From assembly GCA_963924565.1 (NCBI GenBank), contig OZ004612.1, positions 26,908,001 to 26,972,000 of the forward strand: DNA of 64,000 nucleotides. Direction: 5' to 3'. The translations under genes and the position numbers were made by a program. The DNA comes from Ascidiella aspersa. Lineage: Eukaryota. Positions within the stretch are counted from its first letter, which is position 1. Every line of letters begins with the position of its first letter. The notes under the pieces were generated by a model. That model made no database searches. It saw only the letters and a program-made list of their open reading frames with translations, and was not told the origin of the DNA. Below, in pieces: positions 12,873-24,180 of the stretch.

Positions 12873-14796
12873 CAATTTTCTTCTCTTAGATCAGAATTTT
12901 TAAAAATTCAACACATTGTTTGATATAAGTTACCGCTATGTGAGTGTACTGCACTAGTTGAGACTTTCTTTCCCTAAATCACCAGCACTAAAGTAAGAAA
13001 GCAGTCAGCTGTTAACGTAAAACAGAAGGCAGCATTTTTATTTGAACTGGTGTTGAACCTACTGCACAAACACATTTCTGGGCTACGATTTGCCACACTT
13101 TCTGGGGGACCGTTCCTAAATGCCAATAGTGCCCCAATCCCGGATGTATTTCAAATCCTTCGATTTTTGCTTTATTGGTGAGCTTCTTGATACATTTGTT
13201 TATGTTCAACTAAAGTGCAACAAATCCAGGTGTATTTTTTACCTTGTGTAAAGCAGGACTGCGAAGTCGGTCCCGAGTCCGCCTCCGGCCAAAAAAATAC
13301 ACCCGAGTCCCGATTCCAGCTCCGACTCTACAGCCTGCATTTTATCCATTTACGCAACTAAATTAAGGTGGGTTTTATGCAATTCACTCATAAGCTGCAT
13401 GCGTTAACTCGTTAGCCAACCACAAGACGTACAAGTTATTAAAATAGTTGATAAACGAACACTCAGTTCAAACTATTGAGCGGCAAACAATCAAAACTGT
13501 AAACAGCACAGCGCTGTCAACAGCACAGTAAACAGCGCAAGACGATAACTGAGAAGAGTTAGTTTTCAAGCAGATAGGGGGCTCAAGTACACAAATCCCT
13601 GTGCTGACCGCACAGAGAGAATGCAAGCCAGTAAGCACTTTACAGTTTGGTGCGAGTAGACAATAAATCTGTGGCATAAGCCGATACAGCGTAAAATGCA
13701 GCGTAAACACAAAAGCTCTTAGTCGGTAATTATTCACGCACTCTCTTCAACTTAAAAGTTTAATATGTCAGCAGTGCCACTTGTTTTCAGTTTTTAAATA
13801 AGACGAATGTGGCTATCAATCAAGTATGATATCACAGTTATGCTAGTAAGCGTACCGCGAACATTTTTTTACGATGAGTGCCGTAAGCCTTAAAAGGGTG
13901 GGCCGCCGGATTAGTGTTATACATTCTGCCGAACACCAATTCAACCTCATTCAACCCAGACATGTCTTTTCAAGTCTAGACTGTCTTTGACCGCAACGTG
14001 TGCGCTGCTAAATATGGCAGTTAACGTGAACCGTTGCCAGTTACTGTTTTTCCCCACAGAACACTGCACGCTTGAACTGCTAGTTTTTCGTTCATAAACT
14101 TTATGTTTGAATAGACAACTTCGAACAGACTTCGCACATTTACAGAAACGATTTAGTTTCGTTTACGAGCTGTGTCACTTGCGAAAACTAAATGGCTCCT
14201 TTAAATAAATGCCAAAAACGACTCAACCGAAAGGCACTCAAATGTCAAAAGTTCTCAGAGGGTTCGCATTTAAAAAGTTTGAAATAATAATTTTGTGCTT
14301 TGAATAGCAACTTCGATATGTGGGTTAGTTTGTTTACCCCTATAAACCACGTGCTAAAGCAATGAAGCCAACTCAACCGGTTTCAAAACACAAGAAACCC
14401 ACAATCCTTTAGTAACTGGATGTCTCTCTCAATGGCTGCTTTCATATGGCCTCCTAAGGCTTTAAATTGTGTTTTTCCGCGGCTTTAAGTTATTCAACTT
14501 ACTTTGGGCGTTTTCGATGGCATTCGACAAATGGCTTGTTTTTGTGTTGGCTTGCTAGGTTATAGTTAGCTTCAGATGGAATATCCACGTTAAATTTTTG
14601 GTTTGCCTATATTTCGACTACGTTCCCCTCGTGTAAGTATAATACTTGCGTGTGTTGCGTCCCAACATGACATTGCGCTGTAGCAAATTTTGGCTAAATA
14701 TTCCTGAAAATATTAACTGTGCACTTTTTTGTTGTTAAATGGTGTTGATTTATCTGCAGCAATATTTTATTTGGAGTTGGATCGGACGGCTGGAAC

Positions 14797-15124
14797 CATA
14801 GGCGTAGCCAGGCGGGAGGGGGTTTGGGGGCAAAGGGGGCCATGGCCTCACAGGCATGCCACACCTCTATTACTATGTTTGCTATACTTATTATTATTAC
14901 TTTTGCTATACTTATTAATGTAGTTTCACTACCTTTTAGTCATTTTGCTTTTTCTCTTTTAATGTTTTTTGAGTATTGCATTAAAACTCAGTCAGATGCT
15001 GCTCGAAACGGTTTGCTAGCATATTTAATTTTGTTCGTTACGGCAGTTCATACAATGGCAAAGTTAAAAAAAGTTTAAAATTTTTGGGTCCTTAAAATTT
15101 TTTTTTCGGCTGTCTACGCCACTG
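14797..15124 (-). mobile_element. Family A MITE, reverse orientation, internally shorter
   Basis: Both TIRs present. Degenerate TSD GCTGGAAC/GCTGGGCC. Confidence 0.85.
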
Positions 15125-18100
15125 GCTGGGCCGGACTTTCTTGTGACCAACTGTTTGCAAGCAGTTAGCAAAACTGTTTTTCAACGCGAAAATTTGTCAA
15201 CCAAAAATTTCGTAGTTTTTTGCTTTTGATTTTTGTTCTGTGGAGCACAGTACGAACTCAGTTTTGTAACGTCACGTTTTTCCAATCATTCAAGTCAAAC
15301 ACGGGTCGAGTTGATGCTTAATGAGGGAAAATAATAAACAAAAAGTGTCAAAAATTAAAACTGCTTTTAGTCCAAGCAAACATATCGTCTATAAAGTATT
15401 ATTTGTTAAACTGAATAAATCAGTAGTCGGCAAACTTTTTTGTCGCGGCCTACTACCTAAAATCACTACAAAAACAGTGGCGGGTCCAGGATATTTTTTA
15501 AGGTGAAATATAACACGACGCCTTGATGCCCCAAACACTGCCATGATGCCATAATGTAAAACATACTATAAAATGAAGAACATAAGCAATGAATGTACGG
15601 CTATCACGCGGCCCACAACTGCATGATACCACTAAGCTATTTACAAGTAACTCGCGGCCCAGTCTGCCGAAATGAATGGTGACACATCTCAACTGTCTCT
15701 GGCGGAAACCATCGATTTCTTCAATCGTCTTGGCAGTTAAGCTTAATACGGTATTGCATTAGGCGTTTACTGTCCTATCTAGTTTCCTCTAAAACTTCAG
15801 AATACATTGTTAAATGTCAGTTGCACAACATTTGCTATCTAAAAGGGCACGCTAAACGTCTACAGTGATTAGCTTGTAAATGCGGCTTTTTGGAAGCAAA
15901 ATAACTTAGCTCAGACGGAAGATATGAAAAGACAAAAAGGTTAGTAATTTTTAATTGAAAGGTTAATAACTTTTAAGAATGTTTTCGTTACAGCAGTTTG
16001 TCCGCCTTTTTTGCAAGTGTTTTGCTGGAAAACATCCAAGGATTTTTGATAAGCGAAAAAAACGCAAATTTTGCATTAATTGTCACACAAGCTAGTAAAT
16101 GAACTGTTTCGTCACAGAAGCAGGTAAATAGCATTGTTATGTCACATAAGCATTACATTATTACGTCATAAAAACACAGTCCGCTTTACAATCAAGAACT
16201 ATTTTAACTAATTGGGCTAATGAATTAAAATTCCCAAGATATGGAACGGATATCCCCAGATCCCAAGGTCTCGGCTGAAATCCCAAGATCTTGGGAAAAA
16301 TCCCAAGGAGTGGCAGCCCTGGACCCAAACCGTTTTAAAAACTGGTCAAATTTACCTTCTTTTTTTTTGTGAAAAAAAGATAAATTTCATAGTCGTAAAT
16401 TTCACGCGGTTCAACGGGCTATTCCAACAATAACGCTAGTGTAATATTATTGCAGTTGCGATTAACTATGTTCCATATTCGCCACGCTGAATAATATATA
16501 TATATAATCAAAGCGCAGAGTAAAACATTTGATTTAAATTCAAACTAAAATAACTATCGCTTTATTGAACATAGGTAATTCTGCTAAATTGTTTTCATAA
16601 AACCATCTGGTACCCGGGGACATGGGAAGGTTAATAGGTAAAGCGCGACCAGTAAAAATAAGGGAACCATTGCAGAAGATGTACAGCGGCAAAGACCTTG
16701 CGAACTGCTTGAGTGGTCTTTCAAGCGAGATATTTTTTCCTTTGCCTCAGTGGGTAAATGCATCGACGCGACTAATTGCCTCGTGGTGAACTTCCAAATG
16801 TTGACAGCAGTGCATTGTGACGTTCGCTCGGCACGACTTAGCCTTGATTTATTTTCTTACGGACCACGCAAATAATAACGCAACGATGTGCTAACGTTGT
16901 TCTTGCACAAGGGTATTGTTCAACTGCTGTGGTTGGACACCGCTTTTGTCATATAAGCGGTGTACACGTTTTGAAGCAGTCAGGCCACTTACAGCTTGTG
17001 TACAGTTGTTGAACATTGATATTAGGAAAGGTATTGCAATCAAAGTTAAGTTTGCGCTTTCATGCACCCCCATACATAAATAAACAAATTTAGGCCATGG
17101 AAAAATAATAATCAACAGAGGAAAAATAATAATCACGAAATCAAATGCTTATAGTTAAATGTTTGAAGTTTGTGTACAATAAAACATGCGCACATAGATT
17201 CGGTGATTCTGAGATGGCTTCCGGTGTACTGCAGTTTGTGTACATTGCTAGCTCTGTTTAAACAGACAACTTTAAACTGGATTAACTTACTTCCTTTGCT
17301 TACAGACACGAGCTGCGTCACTTCAGAAAAGTAAACCAGGCTGTTTACAGTTTTTGCGGCCTGCAGAGAGGCTCAGCGAAAACAAGACACGAGATTAATC
17401 GTTTTTAACTCAAATTTCCGTCTTCGCCTTTCCCCCCAGTGAAACTTGCGGCGAGCGGCTGGACAAGCGATTAACATGCAAACGGTAACAGGCGTCTGCA
17501 AAGTGATATAAGAACGAATCCAGAAGTGGTGTTTCAAAGACCTCGCTTTTTTGGCCTGTTTGTTTTGGCTTGTAGTGCCAGCGCCGTAAATGGGGCTCTA
17601 ATTTCTGTTCGGTTCTCTTTTGCTGGTAGCGCCCGTTTGGTTTTTAAGTTGGTCAAGAAGAAAAAGGGTCCCAGTACAAAACGCACGTGTCACTTTTGAG
17701 GCGTGCTGATTCAACACGTTAGCGTTTAGAGCGTGCTTTAGTTCAGCAGTCAACCCAGCTTTTGTAAGAGTTTTTATTTTTTATGTACAGTGGATATACT
17801 TTGCAACTTGACAGATGCTTATGGCGTTCTAGGACTCAATTGTTTGTTTGTAACGTCTTTCAAAAGTAAAGTTAAATATACTTGTTAACCAAATATAAAC
17901 AGTGTTGTTTATTCGAATGATATTCAGTGAATCTAAATTTATATGATAAGTTAGATTTGGTCACGCAGCGAAGTTTTGATGTTGTGCCTTTAGTAAAGTG
18001 AATCTCAAACTGTTTGCCGAGGTACACTAATGTGTCTCGAGAGATTGCTAATTGTGCCGTAAATATTTTGGTAATTTTGCCAAATAAGGTATTTTTATGA

Positions 18101-19289
18101 CAAATAGGCATACACGCAAGCATTTCAGATTGCAAAAAGTATTATGCATTATGGTATTGACAGTATAAGGTTGTCTATATATGGTTTGTCGTGTATAAAA
18201 GACGTTTGTCAAGTTACTAAACTATAGTTCTGTTAAAAGAGTGCCGCGAAATAGTTAATTTTTTAGTGTGCCGCAAGTTAAAAAAGATTGAGAACCACTG
18301 ATTTAGAGAAATTTATCTATAAAATAAACACCGAGGGTCAGTTAGCAGAATATCCCTTGGTTATTCCCAGTATTTTGGCATATCTCACATTTTTTGCGGA
18401 TTAAATTGGCCTGAAGTCATCAGACTATTCTTACCGTTGGCGTTACAACTAACGGTTAAAACTGGATGCGATGCAAGCCTTAATGTGATTGTGTTACCAT
18501 GAAAGAGAAGTATACTTGCTCAGTGAAGGCATAATTATTACAGCCTTTGGCGTTTATTGAGAAAAGGTACACACGCTTACTATTATTTCAACTTATATTG
18601 CACAATTTACGGACCAAATATCAAGTAGCTAAACTATGCTGCTACAATGCCGGACGTTTAATGTCATTGCGAAAAGGATTATGTGGTTACCACGAATATT
18701 TGCAAGTATTAATTGAAAACAATGTACTCAGTTAAGTTAAGTGCCCGTAAATTACACTTTTGAACAGCGTTACACAAATTTTATTTACATGCGAACTATC
18801 AAAAGGTGTCTCAAGGTTGTGTTGCAAATGCTGTACTATATTCGTACAAATGCAATGCATTTTTTCAGCGCTCGTGTCGCTCGAAACCACTTCCTGTAAA
18901 ATTGCAAAGCCTTCTCACGTTACGCTACTGTAGGCCTACATTTAGGACTGAGAATACTAATCCTTTGCGCAGTCATTTCTGTAAATAAGTGTTTCTCTTG
19001 CTAGGACCGAAAGCTAAAGCGTGAACATAACAGCAAATCTTTGGACCTAATTCTTTTCACTTAACTTTTATCAGTGAACAATACATATTACATTTGTATA
19101 AATAAGTTTTCCAAATTATTAAATATGAGCCTTGCACTTTTGCCGCAATATGGAGAAATCATACTTAGAACCCATCTAAACATCTAACCGTGTGAATAAC
19201 TGCAATCGGCGACCCAACCAAACTAAACTCTGACACAAATTTAGGTCGCGATTATGGGGTGAGAAACACCGCTATAATGGTTTCCTACA

Positions 19290-19650
19290 GTATTACGGTA
19301 TGACTTTATATGCGCACGAGTCTTACCATGCCGTGTTTATAACCTTTCCAGTATGCCCCCAAGGCAACGTCGTTAGTGGTTATCGTGTTTGCAACTCGAT
19401 TGCAAAGTAACGTGGAAAAAACAGAAGTGGTTCTACAACTTTCTTTAGCCTGCGGCACATTAGAAAAAGTAAAAAAAAAATCACGACACACTATCTAAAG
19501 TCCTGAAATAACGACGTGACAATCAGCTGAACTACACGGCAAAGTTGTACATAAAAAGCCGTGTTAGTCCAGGTGCGATGCCATTTAAGCACATCTGGTT
19601 TCGGGTCTCTTTGTGAGACAATTTGGGTATTTCAAAATTACAATAAAAGT
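19290..19650 (+). promoter_or_regulatory. Conserved putative promoter/5' region of paralog 1 (equivalent 28880-29220 in paralog 2)
   Basis: High non-coding identity between the two units (e.g. AAAAACAGAAGTGGTTCTACAACTTTCT, CGACACACTATCTAAAGTCC, GTGACAATCAGCTGAACTA), followed by diverged T-rich sequence up to a splice acceptor. Confidence 0.45.
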
Positions 19651-20202
19651 TAAGAGCAAAAACTACTTGACACAAATGATTGTTCGACGTCTATTTGATT
19701 GTGTTTTGTTGGTTTTGTTTTGATTGTGATTTGTTATTCTTACTTTTGCACTTTTAGTGTAAATGCAATATTTTTTTGTAAGTTTCTACAGTATTTTATT
19801 CTTAGTGATCGCATATTGTACGGTTCTTTCAGTTGCTCTATTTAACTGTTAATTTCGGTTAGTATTATTGCTCCAATTTTTTTGTTGTTTTATCGTTGAT
19901 GGTAGTTTGCAGCCAGTGTATGTTTTTTCGATGTATAGTAATGAATAGCAGGGAAATATAATCAGTTAACAAATGGATAGTTGGCATTCAAATCTTGCAT
20001 TTGCTATCAAATTTTTTATTTTGCTAGATTACAAAATCTTCCGCGGCACGCTTGGGCCTCTCGAGGCACACATTTTGAGAATAACGGTTTTCCATTGAAA
20101 ACAAACGTCGACGATTCTGTTATAATTCCAGGTCTTTGATTAGACAAACGAGCCAACGTACTGTGCCTCTAAAAGCAAGACGTCATACCAAGAGTCCTGA
20201 AA

Positions 20203-23200
20203 ATGAACCTCAACGCATTGCATCAGTGGAAGCAGTCCAGCACCAACACCAACAATAACAATACCAGCGTTGAAGCTCGTGCAGATCGCGGCGTTCAAAA
20301 CGGCCAGACCATCGTCTTTTCTCAGAACGTGGGATTCTCACGGAGTTCAACTGGCTCGTATCAACATCCACGATCACATAACTCCAGCAAAACATACCAC
20401 ACCAGCTCTAGAACTTCTAAGAGCGCGCCAACATATTACAAGTTGCAGCAGGCGACCGCTGGTGCCTATCACTGTGAGATGCAGAACAACCAAGGTCAGA
20501 CTTTCGCCGACCAAGCAAACCAGCAAACAGGCTGCAACGTCAACCAGCAGGTGATTCAGTACAACATTAACGTGGGCAACTTGCCCGAGCCTCGTACGCA
20601 CGTGAACCAGTTGGCATGCTTACAACAACAGCAGCAACATGAACACCAGAGTATTACGCCACTGCAGCTGCAGCAAAGTAGAATGCTTAAAGGACAGTAT
20701 CCGTCTAGCACCCACAACCCAAAGTTGGCGATCCTAAACGGTCAACAGTACGTCGGCGGTGTGCGGCGCACTTTACTCGATGTATCACTGGGATCCCTCA
20801 GCACCCAGCAGTGCTTTCGAAGCAACAGCGCGGAGTTGTCCTTGGAAAACCACACAACCCAAAACAAGCACATGAAATCAGTCGACTACGAAAGAAATGC
20901 TCAGATCGATGCTGAGACTGGTAAATACCTTAACTTGCCATCCAAGACGCCTGGACCGTTTGTGAATATCGCCAAAGGACAAACAACTACCAATCAGAAA
21001 GGGCAGCGTCAACGCTCGTCGCCACCAAATCAAAAGGACAACAACACTTTCTATTACCCATCAACTGTTGCAACACAATACCAACAAACCCGCTACCAAG
21101 AAGCAGCAATACCAATGCCGAATCAACCGCCACCTGCTTATTCAACGATATCAACACCGTTCGAACAGCAACCACGACAGTATTCAACGATACCAACTCC
21201 AACCCAGCAACTTTCCCGTCAGCGTCCATTACAGTGCGCAAGGCAGCAGCCGTTCATAGAACTGCAACGCCAACAAAACAAACCTTGTTCTACTCTGCAG
21301 CAACCACAACAAACTGAAAGAGTCTCCCCACAACAAAACCAACGATTGTCTCCCCGAAGTCACCGGCGATCCCCTCAGATCCAGCAAGTATTTCCCCAAG
21401 CTCCAAATCCACAACCTCAATCTTCCCCCCAACTTCAGCAGCCATCACTTGTAGAGAAGCTGACACGTGTGGTGACTTCGGGTGAGTTAACATGTATTTT
21501 TAAAACACAAATTAGATGGATATTTGGTAATCAAGCCATAAGACCGAGATAAGAACAATATCAACGTCAGAATAAAACACAATTTGGAATAAGGCCAAAT
21601 AAGGATAGATAATGATATTATTACTGTCTAAATCGAATTAGTCCTAAATCCATCGGAATAAGACCCAAAACGTCAGAATCAGGCCTAAACAACACTTAAA
21701 CTAACCCCAAACCCCATCCCTAAGTACTTTTCACAACTTTTAACCCTCACTTTCCGACAAAGGACATAGCCTAATTGCCTCTATCTAATTTTAATAAAAT
21801 ATGACAGCATTTAAGTTAAAGTCTGTAACCCAGATATGATAAAGTTTTGTAACTTGATCATGTTTTTTCAGACAGCGACATGCGCACTGCAACAACTGGC
21901 GGCGACCATCCTTACGACTTGACTCTCGAAGACCTCGTTAGTGAAGTGAAAGGCCTAAACAAGACTAGGATAAACCTGGAACACATGTCTTTACCTCAGC
22001 AGACAACCACCAACCGGTTGTCACCTTTTAACCAAAGAAAGACGCAGAAAAACGAGAACTCTAGTGATATCCAGATTGCCAACTGCTTCTCACTGCAAGG
22101 CAATGTCAATTCGAACAGCGGCAAGAGATTAACGTCGCAGGAAGCCGCCGCAAAGACTGCAAGGAATCACAAGGTGCTGCAGTCACATTCGCCGGTTTTG
22201 GAGCCCGGAGATTCCGCCGACATGGATTTCCTGCTTTCATGCTCGAAAAATACAACAGAGGAGCGAGGAAGTGACGACCGCTTGCTGCCGCGAATTGTCG
22301 CTCGGTTCCTCGGCAAGGACGTCAGCGAAGTGAGGTCACGTGATTACGTCATGTACGCGCTGTCAGACGACCCGCGCGTCGCCGAGGCCGCCATAGCTGC
22401 GCATCTCCAAGAACGCACCAAGATGTTCGTGTGCCTAGAATTCCCGCCCATGAGTCCTTGGAACGCCGGCGCCCGTGAAGCCAAGAAGGCTTTTTTCCTT
22501 GTAAAGAACGCGGGAGACGTTACTTGCGTTGTTAACTTCTACCCTTGCACCAGTGTACGGATGGTGCTGGTTGTTTGTAGGCTGTGTCAGCAAGCCGAGA
22601 GAAGACTGCAGAATACTACATTAGTCCCCGAAGTGAATTTAACCACCACTACAAGCGAAGAGAGCCAAATCCCGATGCAGTCAGAGCTTCTAAATCCCAG
22701 CTCTGTCACAAAGCCACCAGCAGAGCAATCGTTGAACGTCCAGGCGGTTTCAAACCCGAAAACGCCCCTTACACGCCCCTCTACTATCGATCCGTTGTCC
22801 AATAGTAATCAAGCCAGGTCAAACCTTGTCAAAGATTCAGCCATTGCTAGCGACGAGCGTCGATCTTCGAATATTTTTGAGCTTTTAAATTCCAGTTTCC
22901 TCCCTGAGCCACAAGCAGAGCAAGGTTCAAACAATTCAGCCGTTTTTAGAGTGGAAACGCCTCCTACACGCCCAGCTCCTGTCAATCAACAGCAAAAGAG
23001 TCCAACGCATGAGGAAACGGAAGGACAAGGCTCAAATGTGAGTATTTCCAGCGGTGAAACGCCTCCTCTACGCCCGTCGCCCACAAAACATCAGATGAAC
23101 AACTCTATACAAGAGAAAACTGCAGAGCAAAGTAAAGACCAAGCTCCCTTGTCTTCCTCTGTCAATCAAACTCGGCCGCAATCGTGTTCTATCGAGAGCG

Positions 23201-24180
23201 AAGAAGAGAAGATGACGCGGATCCGCAAAGAGGTCGAGGCGCTGCTCAACGCCGGCAAACCGGATTTGCGGAAAGCGGCGGCGAAGCGATCGCGTGGCGA
23301 CCACGAGCTGCTCACCCTGGACCGCTTCCGGCGAAAGCGGAAGTCGCGCGGAATCGACGTCGACTCGAGAAGCACTGTAAGCGACGTCACAATTCGGGAC
23401 ATATCGTCGCCAAACGCGAAACTTCAAGATTGTGTTGTGGATCGTATTCCTTCCTCCGTAACTAACAAAATTCAGATGAGTTCCCCAACCAAAAATAATG
23501 ACGTCATATCCGAACACAATGACGTCGCAGTCGACAACGTCATTATCAAAGTGGAACGAGATGAAATTGACTACGACCTTTACCGTGAAAATAAAGCTAA
23601 TCGCTATGACGTCATATCTGGACACGATGTTACCGAGCATAGTGACGCCAAAATCCAGCAAGATGATGTCAGAATAAACTACGATGACGTCAGTGCTGAG
23701 CAAAATGGAATGAGAAGTGAACACGAAGACTTTGAAGCTAGTTACAATGAAGTCGGAGTTGAACAAGATGACGTCATTTCTGAGCACGATGACGTAGTAT
23801 CTGATCACGATGACGTCGAAACGGATTGCGATGACATTGGTGCTGATCAAGATGACGTCAGATCTCAGGAAGATGTTGTGATTAGACGCGATGACGAAAT
23901 CGTCGCTTTAGCAAAACGGAGTCCCGAAAAGGTCGCACTCAATTGCGGAAAAGTGGCGAAACGGAGCAAAGACGCGGTAAACTCGAACTTACGGAAACGG
24001 AAAAGGGCGTCGATGAGGGCCGGTTCTTGCCGCGCGCCACGCCTCGACCTCGTCTACAGGAGCTACCTCGACTCGTTGCAGCCGTCGCCAATTGTTTCTC
24101 GACAATGCGCGCCTCGTGACGTAACAATCATTCCGTGTTCTGTTCGTATTTCCGACGTTTTTTCGTTGAATGTCGCTTAA
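20203..24180 (+). CDS. Uncharacterised large, mostly disordered, probably nuclear protein, paralog 1. Exons 20203-21481 + 21872-24180, ~1195 aa
   Basis: ORFs 20203 (Q-rich) and 21880 join in frame through a phase-1 intron (TCG G|gtgagt ... ttttttcag|AC AGC GAC ATG). The same intron position occurs in both other paralogs. An in-frame TGA at 20137 supports ATG 20203 as the start. RKRKR NLS near the C-terminus. Confidence 0.85.

Noticed and set aside
1089-15692. Numerous 60-120 aa ORFs in the left arm
   Set aside because: No recognisable domains or consistent exon structure, and several lie within MITEs. I cannot exclude small exons of an unrecognised gene.
23068-23850. 260-aa antisense ORF (also 33201-33617, 30219-30659, 39399-39719)
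   Set aside because: These are shadow ORFs opposite repetitive or Q-rich coding sequence, and their lengths are not conserved among paralogs.
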